45,161 nucleotides of DNA from Escherichia phage KW1E_UTAR: sequence record MZ506873, one strand, 5' to 3'. This document shows, piece by piece, positions 1 through 8,643 of the stretch. A program made the translations under genes and the position numbers. Within the stretch, counting starts at the first letter, position 1; every line of letters starts with the position of its first letter. Below the pieces are notes generated by a model, which was not told where the DNA came from, made no database searches, and saw nothing but the letters and a program-made list of their open reading frames with translations.

Positions 1-152
1 GGGGATGCCTGAACATGCTGGAAGTGTCGGGCCGATACACTGGGGAGCGAGAAATCAGACTGGTGACTGTGGACCCTGACGACTGCGCGCTTTTCTCTGG
101 TGACGCCGCCGGGCGTCCGGCTTGGGGTATCGCCTGTTTAATTTATTCTTGA
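1..152 (+). CDS. DNA primase, C-terminal part (gene continues from 44425..45106 across the circular junction)
   Basis: Open frame runs in from the window end without a stop; stop TGA at 150-152; bases 1-55 duplicate 45107-45161. Confidence 0.6.
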   Translation, partial: GCLNMLEVSGRYTGEREIRLVTVDPDDCALFSGDAAGRPAWGIACLIYS

Positions 153-178
153 CGGCGAATAATGCCTTCGCCTATATT
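149..178 (+). promoter_or_regulatory. sigma70-like promoter candidate (TTGACG -35, about 18-nt spacer, TATATT -10) with AT-rich upstream tract
   Basis: Hexamers read directly; located upstream of the RBS-preceded ATG at 207. Confidence 0.35.
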
Positions 179-206
179 ACGCAGACCACATAACGGAGGA
201 TTCAAA

Positions 207-596
207 ATGTTACAGTCCAGAACAGTCACAGCCCGTAACGCCGGGGAATTGATTCGCACTATTTACGACAGCCTCGTCATTAGTCACGACGTCATTGTCA
301 GCACGAACGCGCCAGCAGTATCGGCGGTCATCGTGGACTCAATCGCATGTTATGCGCCTTTGGGCTTCAGCGTGACGAGGAACGACAAGTTCAGCCTGAA
401 CGCAGTGGCTAATTTCCTGGCTACGTCGCTGGAACAGAAGGGGCCGACGGCGAAGTTCGTCACCATCGCACCGAAGCACATCCAGATCGGAACGAAGCTT
501 CCTGTGTCCGTGACGCGTATTATCGTGGACGACGCGGCGGTGTTTCTGGGTGAAGTCATGGCGCTTATCGAAAATATGAAGGAAGACTCAAAATGA
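207..596 (+). CDS. hypothetical protein
   Basis: ORF-track frame 162..596; start chosen at ATG 207, 6 nt after GGAGGA (195-200). Confidence 0.55.
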   Translation: MLQSRTVTARNAGELIRTIYDSLVISHDVIVSTNAPAVSAVIVDSIACYAPLGFSVTRNDKFSLNAVANFLATSLEQKGPTAKFVTIAPKHIQIGTKLPVSVTRIIVDDAAVFLGEVMALIENMKEDSK

Positions 597-814
597 TCGC
601 CGACGAAATACACAAGATTGCGAAGGGAAGCCAGATCCTGAACAAAATGTTCACGGAAGCGATTATCAACGTCATGGACGGAATGTTCGAACAGCTTGAG
701 GAAGGCCGCCCTCCGCTGTATATCGAAGGGCTGAAAAACTGCGACCAGGAAGAAGTCATAACCTTCCTTTGCACTTACCACAAAATCAAAATGGAACAGG
801 AGCGAACCAAATGA
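593..814 (+). CDS. hypothetical protein
   Basis: 73-aa ORF with ATGA stop/start overlap to the upstream gene (translational coupling). Confidence 0.45.
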   Translation: MIADEIHKIAKGSQILNKMFTEAIINVMDGMFEQLEEGRPPLYIEGLKNCDQEEVITFLCTYHKIKMEQERTK

Positions 815-1539
815 AAGACGAACACGACAAGGTGACGATCGACTGCCTGGGTGCGGAACTTCCGAAGCGCTCAAGCCTGGTAATGGACGCGCTGAAGTCG
901 ATGAAACTGGAAGGCGTCGGCGATGCTGAAGCGCAGATCGGACAGCCTGAAGACGTCGTCAGCGGTCGCGCGTGGGCCGGGAGCAAGACGCCGGACCGGA
1001 AGCGCTCAAAGTGGGAAACTCCGCTGTGGATGGTTCAATATCTTGAGCTTCGCCAGAAGGCCCGTTTCGAAGTCGACGCGGCAGCCAGCGACAAGAATCA
1101 CAAGGCCCCTATCTGGTACACGGAAGAGACTGACGGCCTAAGCAAGGACTGGGGCGCTGACGGGAAGTTCATCTTCCTGAACCCGCCTTATGACGACATC
1201 ATTCCGTGGGTTGAGAAGGCGATCGAGCAGATTAAAGCCCATAAGCACATCACGATCCAGATCGTGCTTCCGAACGACAATTCAACGTACTGGTATCGCC
1301 TGGCGGCTATCAATGCCACGGAGGTCATAAACCTGATTCACGACGGCAAGAACTCTGGGCGGGTTGGGTTCATCGATCCTGACACCGGGAAGGCGGTGAA
1401 CAATAACAATAAGGGGACCCAAATATTCACGCTGACCGGGAAGGGGAAGATGTCGCGGACTGTTTACGTGTCACGCGTAGACATGGAACGCAAGGTCGAA
1501 TCAGACTATGAAAAGGCGTTCGGCGATGGCGCACAGTAA
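811..1539 (+). CDS. DNA N6-adenine methyltransferase, phage Dam-like
   Basis: NPPY (DPPY-type) catalytic motif in FLNPPYDD; start ATG 811 with AGGAG 8 nt upstream, overlapping the previous stop. Confidence 0.65.
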   Translation: MKDEHDKVTIDCLGAELPKRSSLVMDALKSMKLEGVGDAEAQIGQPEDVVSGRAWAGSKTPDRKRSKWETPLWMVQYLELRQKARFEVDAAASDKNHKAPIWYTEETDGLSKDWGADGKFIFLNPPYDDIIPWVEKAIEQIKAHKHITIQIVLPNDNSTYWYRLAAINATEVINLIHDGKNSGRVGFIDPDTGKAVNNNNKGTQIFTLTGKGKMSRTVYVSRVDMERKVESDYEKAFGDGAQ

Positions 1540-1801
1540 ACGCCAGGTATGGGAGGCGGCTAAGGCCGCCGAAATGGACGCATTCATCGGTGCCGTATCG
1601 AAGGCGTTCGGTAGCGACGCTATCGCGGAAGTGTCCATCACTGCTGGCGGGTATATAACCGCCACAAGCGACGACATGCTGGTCGAGCCTGAACGCGTGA
1701 ACATCTGCCCGATTGAAAATCGCATCAGGGACAGAATGGCGGATGTGTGGCGGATAAGAATATCCGCTATGCGTAATAATCCGCTTGTTGTTCCGAAGTG
1801 A
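1508..1801 (+). CDS. hypothetical protein
   Basis: 97-aa ORF overlapping the 3' end of the methyltransferase gene; start uncertain (1508 or 1526). Confidence 0.35.
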   Translation: MKRRSAMAHSKRQVWEAAKAAEMDAFIGAVSKAFGSDAIAEVSITAGGYITATSDDMLVEPERVNICPIENRIRDRMADVWRIRISAMRNNPLVVPK

Positions 1802-1816
1802 ATACGCTATATTACA

Positions 1817-1844
1817 AGGACCGAATAAATGGTCCTTTTTTATT
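1817..1844 (+). terminator. rho-independent terminator
   Basis: AGGACC-gaataaat-GGTCCT hairpin followed by TTTTTTATT. Confidence 0.6.
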
Positions 1845-1857
1845 GTCTGGAGAAAAT

Positions 1858-2520
1858 ATGTCATTCGCTCAATTTATACTGAAGAAGGTGGATAATGGTT
1901 CCGCCGCTGAAGCTGAAGTTCTGAAGCGTAGGAAGGCAGAAGGCCGGGCCGGGCTACCGAAGGCAGCGCCGAAGAAACGCGGACCTAAAGCGAAGTGGAC
2001 GCCGGAGCGCGACGAGCGACTTAAGAACCTGGCGCGCAGATATACCGGGCCGGAGATCGCCGAAAAGATGGGCCTGACTTACTGTTCCGTCAGGACTCGC
2101 GCTTCACGTATAGGCGTAAAGCTGATTGGTCATCGCGGCAAGTACCACGAATGGACTCATGAAGAAGTAGAGCTTGTCAAAATCATGAGGGAGAAGGGTT
2201 ACACGTCGGTTGAGATCGGGAAGGTCCTGAAGGTCAGCGATATCCAGGTTCGCGGCACAATCCACAGAATGAAACTTCCGGCGCTCAGGAAGAAGTGGTC
2301 GCTTGAAATGGAATACGCTGTCGCCGCTTACTACAAGGAGAAGGACAGCACGATCCTGGAGTTCGTTCTCAAGATCAAGAAGTCATCCCTACATTCACGA
2401 TATGGTCGACTATCTGCAATGCGTCGACTGTCTCACCTTCGCGGCCTGAAGAACGTCAAGGATCTGGTGGCTGAATACTGCGAAAAGAAAGGCATTGCAT
2501 TACCATCGCGTAATAGTTAA
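1858..2520 (+). CDS. DNA-binding protein with two tandem GcrA-like HTH repeats
   Basis: Repeats KWTPERDERLKNLARRYTGPEIAEKMGLTYCSVRTRASRIGVKL and EWTHEEVELVKIMREKGYTSVEIGKVLKVSDIQVRGTIHRMKL match the GcrA N-terminal pattern as I recall it; start ATG 1858 after GGAG. Confidence 0.5.
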   Translation: MSFAQFILKKVDNGSAAEAEVLKRRKAEGRAGLPKAAPKKRGPKAKWTPERDERLKNLARRYTGPEIAEKMGLTYCSVRTRASRIGVKLIGHRGKYHEWTHEEVELVKIMREKGYTSVEIGKVLKVSDIQVRGTIHRMKLPALRKKWSLEMEYAVAAYYKEKDSTILEFVLKIKKSSLHSRYGRLSAMRRLSHLRGLKNVKDLVAEYCEKKGIALPSRNS

Positions 2521-2553
2521 TAATCAATGTTCACAAACGAAAGAGGGTTCACC

Positions 2554-2904
2554 ATGCAACGCAAGAAATATAACTTCACACTGCCGCGCCACATCACCAG
2601 AAAGCAATGGCGCATAATCCACCGTGATATGAGAAACAAGCTTCGCGATCTAGGCGGCGACGGCGTAAAACTTATCAGCGAAAAATATGGGACTTGGGCC
2701 ATTTACACCGTGTCTAACCATTCGAAGATAAGCTTCTTCTGGGATCTTGCCAGTCACAAGGAACATGATCGCTCCTTCTTCGCGGCAGCCATTCGCGGAA
2801 ACACTCAGGGCCGAACCATTGATCGCGTATTCGGTACGGTCCTGGCGCTGAAAGACCCGGCACATCCGGCTAATAACCTTCCTCCTCTGGGGGGTGGCGA
2901 GTGA
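2554..2904 (+). CDS. hypothetical protein
   Basis: ORF-track frame 2527..2904; start chosen at ATG 2554, 7 nt after AGAGGG. Confidence 0.5.
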   Translation: MQRKKYNFTLPRHITRKQWRIIHRDMRNKLRDLGGDGVKLISEKYGTWAIYTVSNHSKISFFWDLASHKEHDRSFFAAAIRGNTQGRTIDRVFGTVLALKDPAHPANNLPPLGGGE

Positions 2905-3434
2905 AGCCGATCACCATCAACCTATCAGACGACGACATCGAATTCGCCTACTACCTTAATGGTAGGGAAGAGACATTCGCGAAGAGTTTAAGCCAGTGCA
3001 GCCCGGACAGTCGGGCTGTGGGAATACTGGGGGAAATGGCGGCGACTCACTTCCTTCGTGGAATGTACGGGACGAAGCGATCTGTCGTTCCTATGGGGCT
3101 GTCTGCCCGCGCTGGCGGCGGCCTTAACGCTTACGGAATGGGTGACATCATCACCGTGATGAACGGCTCGCCCTCCCACAGGACGAAGGAGGTTCACACG
3201 TTCGAAGTGAAGGCGCGCACCGCTGGTGCAGGTAAGGGAAACCTTGTTCGATGTGACAGCGCCGAACAGTATCAGGAGTCCGGCATTATGCGCGTCATCT
3301 TCGTGGACGTCGATGTCCAGCCTGATCGTGCAGTCTGCCAGATCGTCGGCTACCATCAGCCTGAAGACATCCTTGAATGGGACGTGGTCACAAATGGCAT
3401 GGGTCAGGAATGCTATATCATGCCCGTAATTTGA
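2901..3434 (+). CDS. hypothetical protein, possible PD-(D/E)XK (VRR-NUC-like) nuclease
   Basis: GTG start overlapping upstream stop; GMGDIIT...FEVK...SAEQ...RVIFV resembles a D...(E)xK nuclease core. Confidence 0.45.
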   Translation: MKPITINLSDDDIEFAYYLNGREETFAKSLSQCSPDSRAVGILGEMAATHFLRGMYGTKRSVVPMGLSARAGGGLNAYGMGDIITVMNGSPSHRTKEVHTFEVKARTAGAGKGNLVRCDSAEQYQESGIMRVIFVDVDVQPDRAVCQIVGYHQPEDILEWDVVTNGMGQECYIMPVI

Positions 3435-3459
3435 CCGACAAGATCCACGGCGTTACTAT

Positions 3460-3490
3460 TCCCCGGACTAACACTTCGGGGATTTTTTTT
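3460..3490 (+). terminator. rho-independent terminator
   Basis: TCCCCG-gactaacactt-CGGGGA hairpin followed by a T8 run. Confidence 0.55.
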
Positions 3491-3766
3491 ATGCATAAGA
3501 TGCTATGGGTCGCTATCGCTGGCCTGGTCGGGGCCATCATCGGGATGTTCCGTTCCAAGGCTGACACTCTCACACAGCGCGCTTCGTTCGTCCTGTTCGG
3601 ATTCGCCGCGTCAATCTTCCTGACTCCGCTGGCTGCCCGCTGGTTCGGTCTGGGTGACATTTACGAGGTCGGCGGCGCTGGCTTCATTATCGGCATGTTC
3701 TGGATTGCTATTCTGGACCGGGTGAAGCAAGCTATGACGGACGGTAAATTACCGGAGGTCAAATAA
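3491..3766 (+). CDS. putative holin (three predicted transmembrane segments)
   Basis: Small hydrophobic protein (MHKMLWVAIAGLVGAIIGMF...) immediately upstream of the endolysin cassette; no clear SD. Confidence 0.5.
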   Translation: MHKMLWVAIAGLVGAIIGMFRSKADTLTQRASFVLFGFAASIFLTPLAARWFGLGDIYEVGGAGFIIGMFWIAILDRVKQAMTDGKLPEVK

Positions 3767-4092
3767 TGCGTAACATTACCCTTACACAGTTCTACAGCGT
3801 GGACATGTTCTGGCTATCATACGTCGGGATCTTGTGCTTGCTGGTCTTCTTCATCGTGTCAGTGGTGAACGTGTATTCGCCATACTGCAAGGACACGGTG
3901 ATCGATCGTGTCCTGTACCTGGCGACGGCATTCATTAGCCTGGTAGGGCTTGAACAAGTCATCTTCAGCGATTACCCTGTGAACCTGACGACCAGCCTGA
4001 TCATCGTCTTCACACTTCGCCAGGCGAACAACATGGCAAAGAGAGTTATCAGGCATCACTGGCCCGAAATGGGGCGACGGTATCACTTCTAA
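3766..4092 (+). CDS. membrane protein, second holin/antiholin candidate
   Basis: Hydrophobic segments; ATG overlaps upstream TAA; GGAGGT 6 nt upstream. Confidence 0.45.
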   Translation: MRNITLTQFYSVDMFWLSYVGILCLLVFFIVSVVNVYSPYCKDTVIDRVLYLATAFISLVGLEQVIFSDYPVNLTTSLIIVFTLRQANNMAKRVIRHHWPEMGRRYHF

Positions 4093-4100
4093 CCGTTAAC

Positions 4101-4126
4101 GGGTCGCTTCGGCGGCCCTTTTCTTT
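4101..4126 (+). terminator. terminator-like hairpin (possible attenuator)
   Basis: GGGTCGC-ttcg-GCGGCCC stem with one G-U pair followed by TTTTCTTT, directly upstream of the endolysin start. Confidence 0.4.
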
Positions 4127-4141
4127 ATGAGGACTATCACA

Positions 4142-4636
4142 ATGATGAAGACCGGGAAGCGCGGCATCGCGCTGATGCATGGATTCGAAGACTGCCGCCT
4201 TCGTGCCTATCCAGATCCTAAGACTGGCGGCAAGCCGTACACGATCGGGTGGGGTAACACTCAATACGCTGATGGTCGCCCGGTAGGTCCGAACGACGTT
4301 ATCAGCCAGGCGCGCGCCGACGAAGAGTTCGTCTTCGACCTGATCACGTTCGAAACCATGATCGATAAGGCCGTGAAGGTTCCACTGACACAGAACCAGT
4401 TCGACGCGCTGGTCAGTATCGTCTACAACGTCGGCCCGGGCAGTAAGTACAAGTCCGGCATCCTGCGACTTAAGAACGGGCAGCCTTCGACGCTGTTACG
4501 CCTCCTGAACGCTGGGGACTACAAAGGGGCCGCTGACCAGTTCGACGTCTGGATCAGCAAAGGTTCGGCGGTTGAAAATGGTCTTCGTCGTCGCCGGGCA
4601 GCAGAAAAGGCCCTGTTCCTGGACAAGTCAGCATGA
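4142..4636 (+). CDS. endolysin, T4-type lysozyme (glycoside hydrolase family 24)
   Basis: E...D...T catalytic pattern in HGFEDCRLRAYPDPKTGGKPYTIGWG, comparable to T4 lysozyme; alternative start at 4127. Confidence 0.85.
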   Translation: MMKTGKRGIALMHGFEDCRLRAYPDPKTGGKPYTIGWGNTQYADGRPVGPNDVISQARADEEFVFDLITFETMIDKAVKVPLTQNQFDALVSIVYNVGPGSKYKSGILRLKNGQPSTLLRLLNAGDYKGAADQFDVWISKGSAVENGLRRRRAAEKALFLDKSA

Positions 4637-5115
4637 ACTGGCGAGTCGCCGCGATAGCTATGGTCTGTGCCGGGGCTTTCTTTCTGGGCGGTTACTGGAA
4701 GGGCCACCATGACGCCGACCAGTCCGCCACGGTTGAACGGCTAACCAATGAGCGCGACAGTATGGCCCGGACGATCGAGTCGTACCGGAACACCAACGAC
4801 AAATTGAGCGAGATCGCCAACAATGCAAAAGAGAAAGAAGAACGCGCGCGGACTGTGGCTTCTGCCCTTCGTCATGATGCTGACAGCTTGCGCGGACAGC
4901 TACAGGGCATCGTCGACGCTTATCGTCCCGGAACTACCAGCAGGGGCGCGCCAGCCAGCCAGGTCGTCGGTCTGCTTGCCGGACTGCTTGACGAAGCAAA
5001 CCGAACGTCAAACGAGCTATCAGAAGAGGCTGAACGATATCGTCGCGCCGGGGAGCAATGCGAATTAAGCTATGATGCCGTAAAACGCGCTCAAACGCTC
5101 TTAGAGAAGAGGTAA
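4633..5115 (+). CDS. Rz: i-spanin (Rz-like)
   Basis: N-terminal transmembrane segment, coiled-coil periplasmic domain, position directly after endolysin; ATGA overlap. Confidence 0.75.
   Translation: MNWRVAAIAMVCAGAFFLGGYWKGHHDADQSATVERLTNERDSMARTIESYRNTNDKLSEIANNAKEKEERARTVASALRHDADSLRGQLQGIVDAYRPGTTSRGAPASQVVGLLAGLLDEANRTSNELSEEAERYRRAGEQCELSYDAVKRAQTLLEKR
4823..5068 (+). CDS. Rz1: o-spanin (Rz1-like lipoprotein), embedded in the +1 frame of Rz
   Basis: Signal peptide with lipobox LTAC (LLPFVMMLTAC), short Pro-containing mature part, wholly inside the Rz gene. Confidence 0.7.
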   Translation: MQKRKKNARGLWLLPFVMMLTACADSYRASSTLIVPELPAGARQPARSSVCLPDCLTKQTERQTSYQKRLNDIVAPGSNAN

Positions 5116-5117
5116 AA

Positions 5118-5145
5118 GAAAGGCGACCGATAGGCCGCCTTTTTG
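5118..5145. terminator. bidirectional terminator between convergent gene blocks
   Basis: AAAGGCG-...-CGCCTTTTT hairpin flanked by A and T runs; between Rz (+) and the 5176..5940 gene (-). Confidence 0.5.
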
Positions 5146-5175
5146 ATTTAAACGTCACAGCTTCGCGCTGACGCT

Positions 5176-5940
5176 TCAGAATTCACGCTTAGGAGTGAAA
5201 TTAAAAGACATAACCTCACCGCCTAAATTAACAAGGCCGGAATGGTAAATCTTCCACCCTTCACCTTTTCCATCCACTTCGGACGGTCCAGAACCGTAGA
5301 TGATGCCTTCCATTTCTTCAGCGGATAACGCGGCGTAGCAGGTCAGGTCTGCCCGGCTGTCGATGGTCTTCGAGTCCTGTGCGCGCACCAGCTTCAGGCA
5401 CATAAGCAGGTCCCAGACGTCCATCGCGGTGAACTCCCGTCGCTTCAACGCGCTGAACATGGCAGCTACGCGGGCTGCGCTTCGTTCCTGTCCGTTGTCG
5501 TAACCTTCGCCGCGCTCGTTCAGCAGTTCAACGCCGTCCAGCAGGATCGCGCCAGCGGAACGCGGAAGACGTTCTTTGTCCATCTGATCCTGGGCGGCCT
5601 GATCCACGAACTTCGCGAAGTTATAGCGGGCCACTTCTGCGCGAGACATCGACTCACCAGTCCCGACAGCAAGATATTCACTGGCAGGGTACAGGCATTC
5701 AACCAGGCAATAGTCGACCTGGAATTCCACGCCAGGACAGTTAGGGTCTTCGATAATCCATTCGAACGTCACCAGCGTCTTGCCGTTGTGTTCTGTGGCG
5801 AAGCGTGGGATTACCAGCGCCTTTGATGGAGGTGTGTTTGTCTGATCAGGGCGTTCAAGGTCGCCGCGCGCAGGGTCATAGACGTGAATCATACCCAGCG
5901 TAGGCTTATACCCGTTGAACTTGTTGTTCATGTTAATCAT
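5176..5940 (-). CDS. hypothetical protein
   Basis: 254-aa ORF in leftward operon; the C-terminal half looks all-alpha, but no motif I can name confidently. Confidence 0.55.
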   Translation of the reverse strand: MINMNNKFNGYKPTLGMIHVYDPARGDLERPDQTNTPPSKALVIPRFATEHNGKTLVTFEWIIEDPNCPGVEFQVDYCLVECLYPASEYLAVGTGESMSRAEVARYNFAKFVDQAAQDQMDKERLPRSAGAILLDGVELLNERGEGYDNGQERSAARVAAMFSALKRREFTAMDVWDLLMCLKLVRAQDSKTIDSRADLTCYAALSAEEMEGIIYGSGPSEVDGKGEGWKIYHSGLVNLGGEVMSFNFTPKREF

Positions 5941-6193
5941 GCTGTGTCATCCTCATTTTTGCTATTTGACGGACCGCGATCTTGCGGTCGATGATTTTTA
6001 TCAGGTCGGCGTTTTCGACCTGCTGGTCGCGGTTAACGTTCGACGCGTTATTTCCTTTGATTCGCTCAAAGTAACGCCAGCGCCCACCCAGAATGTAGCG
6101 CCCAAATTCGCGACCGTTGAACGTTACGAACACTAAATCGTTGCGAGCGTGAAACGTTCCCGGCTTGTGCGCCCTCTTCCCGTTATATGCCAT
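5933..6193 (-). CDS. hypothetical protein
   Basis: 86-aa ORF in the same operon, overlapping neighbours by a few nt. Confidence 0.45.
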   Translation of the reverse strand: MAYNGKRAHKPGTFHARNDLVFVTFNGREFGRYILGGRWRYFERIKGNNASNVNRDQQVENADLIKIIDRKIAVRQIAKMRMTQHD

Positions 6194-6396
6194 TAGTAAA
6201 GCCTCAGTGTGAAGCCGTTCCGTTCCTTCGCCGTGTTGGGTCTGTTCGGGTCGACTTGTCGATAAACATGGATTGTGACCTTGTAGCCCATCTTCTGAGC
6301 GACAACCAGGACCGCGAAGTCGAAGCTGAACACCAGTGCCGTGATCACGATAAGCTTCACGACCTTCCTGACTACAGCGCTGATATTACGCTTCAC
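6193..6396 (-). CDS. small membrane protein
   Basis: 67 aa with hydrophobic stretch VVKLIVITALVFSFDFAVLVVA. Confidence 0.4.
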   Translation of the reverse strand: MKRNISAVVRKVVKLIVITALVFSFDFAVLVVAQKMGYKVTIHVYRQVDPNRPNTAKERNGFTLRLY

Positions 6397-6408
6397 GGAT
6401 AACCCCTG

Positions 6409-6954
6409 TCAACTTTTGTTTAGCGCGCGTTTCCTGCGCATGTTGTCCCGGTTCTTGCGGCGGCGTTCTGCTGCCTGTTCCGGCGTCTCGTTCTTCCGGC
6501 GTTCACGTTCGCGCTGGGCTGGCGTCATCACCTGGACACGTTCACCGTTCACAGTGACACGCGGAGGGATTAGCTCACCATCGATCGCCACGGTGTTCTG
6601 TGCGACAGCATATTCGACGTAATGCTGTGCAACATCACGGATGAACTGTGGCTGTGTACCATTAAGAAAGCGAATGATGTCAGAATATCCTATCAGGTCC
6701 AGCTTTTCGACCCGATCGTTTTCACCAGCATAAAGCGACCCTGACTTCGAACCATCGATCGCACTGAAGCGTACAACGTTCGCCCCGGTAAGCGAGCGAA
6801 CCACGCCTTTGCATCGAACGATTTTACCATCGCGAATAAACAGGTCGCCGTCCTGAAGCACCACGTGCCACGAAAGCAGTACGCCGGGACGGACCAGTAA
6901 CGCCAGGTTACGCGCTGCTGACATAACTGCCGATCTGTAGTGGAATGATGACAT
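6409..6954 (-). CDS. hypothetical protein with strongly basic C-terminal tail
   Basis: C-terminus RERERRKNETPEQAAERRRKNRDNMRRKRALNKS suggests nucleic-acid binding. Confidence 0.5.
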   Translation of the reverse strand: MSSFHYRSAVMSAARNLALLVRPGVLLSWHVVLQDGDLFIRDGKIVRCKGVVRSLTGANVVRFSAIDGSKSGSLYAGENDRVEKLDLIGYSDIIRFLNGTQPQFIRDVAQHYVEYAVAQNTVAIDGELIPPRVTVNGERVQVMTPAQRERERRKNETPEQAAERRRKNRDNMRRKRALNKS

Positions 6955-6955
6955 G

Positions 6956-7441
6956 TTAGTATTCCTGCCAGTTGTAATTCTCAGCTTCAGGGGTTACACC
7001 GCCAACCACCGTGTTGGGTGCACTAATTACTCTCTCTTCTGGCGTCATGTGCCCTGTCTGGGGGAGTATCACACCATGACGGATAAGGGTGTCCTGAAGG
7101 TCTTCAACGCGCTCAATGGCGAGGCGCAGACGCGATAGCTGATATCCCTTGCGACGAACCCAGTCAGCCATTGCGACCTTCTGGTCAAGACGCCAGGCGC
7201 TGACATGCGCGTCCTTCTTCGTCTTGCGCGCCCGGTTCCATCCCTTCGTCTTCAGGCAGTGATCGATCAATCCCTGGTCGACTACCGGGTTCTTGTCCCA
7301 GTCCCACGGAAGGCTTATGTGATAGACGAAGTGTTCTGTCTCTTTGATGACGACACGGCGTTCAGCGAACAGAGCGGAAGCACCATCCCCGCCGCGATTC
7401 CAGTCGCGATAGCGGTACACGTACACGTTTTTATCAATCAT
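6956..7441 (-). CDS. hypothetical protein
   Basis: 161-aa ORF, operon context. Confidence 0.5.
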   Translation of the reverse strand: MIDKNVYVYRYRDWNRGGDGASALFAERRVVIKETEHFVYHISLPWDWDKNPVVDQGLIDHCLKTKGWNRARKTKKDAHVSAWRLDQKVAMADWVRRKGYQLSRLRLAIERVEDLQDTLIRHGVILPQTGHMTPEERVISAPNTVVGGVTPEAENYNWQEY

Positions 7442-7803
7442 TTCGAACCCTCCACGCGGGATCTTGAGTAAAGAAAACCTTCAGCCATATAAACAGCGGT
7501 ACGGGTGGCGGCTGTCCGCTTATACACGTCGCCGGAATCCCCCTTCGCGACCACTCCGTCAGTGATATGCTTGAACTCTTCGCCCGTCATGCCGTTAAGG
7601 TGAGCCGTAACGCCTAACAGACAGGCCACAGCCAGCGCGTCGCGTGACTTCGGTAACATGTTCGGCGTGTCGCGGGCCACGGTGTCGTGGCAATACTGGA
7701 ATGCGGCTTCGTCCGGCATCTTTTCGGCAGCGCCGACGGTCCCAACATAACAGCTACCAACGACACAGGCAGCGGCGATAGCAATGGCAGTGATGCGTTT
7801 CAT
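7438..7803 (-). CDS. putative lipoprotein or secreted protein
   Basis: N-terminal signal peptide MKRITAIAIAAACVVGSC with lipobox-like VGSC. Confidence 0.55.
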   Translation of the reverse strand: MKRITAIAIAAACVVGSCYVGTVGAAEKMPDEAAFQYCHDTVARDTPNMLPKSRDALAVACLLGVTAHLNGMTGEEFKHITDGVVAKGDSGDVYKRTAATRTAVYMAEGFLYSRSRVEGSK

Positions 7804-7821
7804 GTCTTTATTCCTTATCGG

Positions 7822-8592
7822 TTACAGAGTCCAGCGACCAGTGTTATTGACCATCATGTCGTGTGCGCCGACTCGCTTGTTCATCTTGAACACGTATACG
7901 CGGTCAAGCGTCCCTTCCTGCCCGTAGCAGATGTTAGCCACCTGCTTCTTAACCTGCTTGCTGAAGTATGCCGCGTCAGTCGATTCGCGGATGACGTCGA
8001 CCGTTCTGGTTGAGCAGTCGATCGAGACAGCGACAGAACCTTCGAGCGACATACGGGACGCGTCTACCGGGTAAGACGGGACCACTTCAGCCTGGGCCGG
8101 GCTGACCAGTGAAGAGAAGACCAGCGCAGCACCAGCGAACGCCAGGCCGATTTTGTGCGACAGGCTGTTCCGACGGGCCAGTGTTTGAGTGATGGCCTGA
8201 TCCTGGGCGGATTTTTTAGTCATCATTCTGGCGCGGAAGTCACGACAGAAATCAGAATCATCGTCACGAAGTGAAGCGTAGCCAGCATCATTATCAATCG
8301 CGTCATTCATGCGCAGCGCTTCAGCGTGGTAAGCGTCCATCTGTTCTGACACGCGAAGGGCAGCTTCAGCACAATAAATAACAGTGCTCAGGTGGTTAAA
8401 GAAGTCACGACCAGAACGACGCTTCAGAACATTCTCAACGTTGAACAGGATGTCCGCTGGCAGTTCGTTAGACAGTTCACACAGGATTACGCGAAGGTCT
8501 GATTTACTCTCTTTCAGCTTCAGACCAGCGGCGCGCAGTTCGTAAACGCGGGTCATAATTTTCAGTGCAGAGCGGATAGCGATAGAGTTCAT
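7822..8592 (-). CDS. membrane-anchored protein (cytoplasmic N-domain, one transmembrane segment, periplasmic C-domain)
   Basis: Internal hydrophobic segment IGLAFAGAALVFSSLVSPAQA around residue 160. Confidence 0.55.
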   Translation of the reverse strand: MNSIAIRSALKIMTRVYELRAAGLKLKESKSDLRVILCELSNELPADILFNVENVLKRRSGRDFFNHLSTVIYCAEAALRVSEQMDAYHAEALRMNDAIDNDAGYASLRDDDSDFCRDFRARMMTKKSAQDQAITQTLARRNSLSHKIGLAFAGAALVFSSLVSPAQAEVVPSYPVDASRMSLEGSVAVSIDCSTRTVDVIRESTDAAYFSKQVKKQVANICYGQEGTLDRVYVFKMNKRVGAHDMMVNNTGRWTL

Positions 8593-8643
8593 TTTCGTGT
8601 TCCTTTGGATTTTGGCGGAACGTTGTGTCCCGCCTTGAGATAC

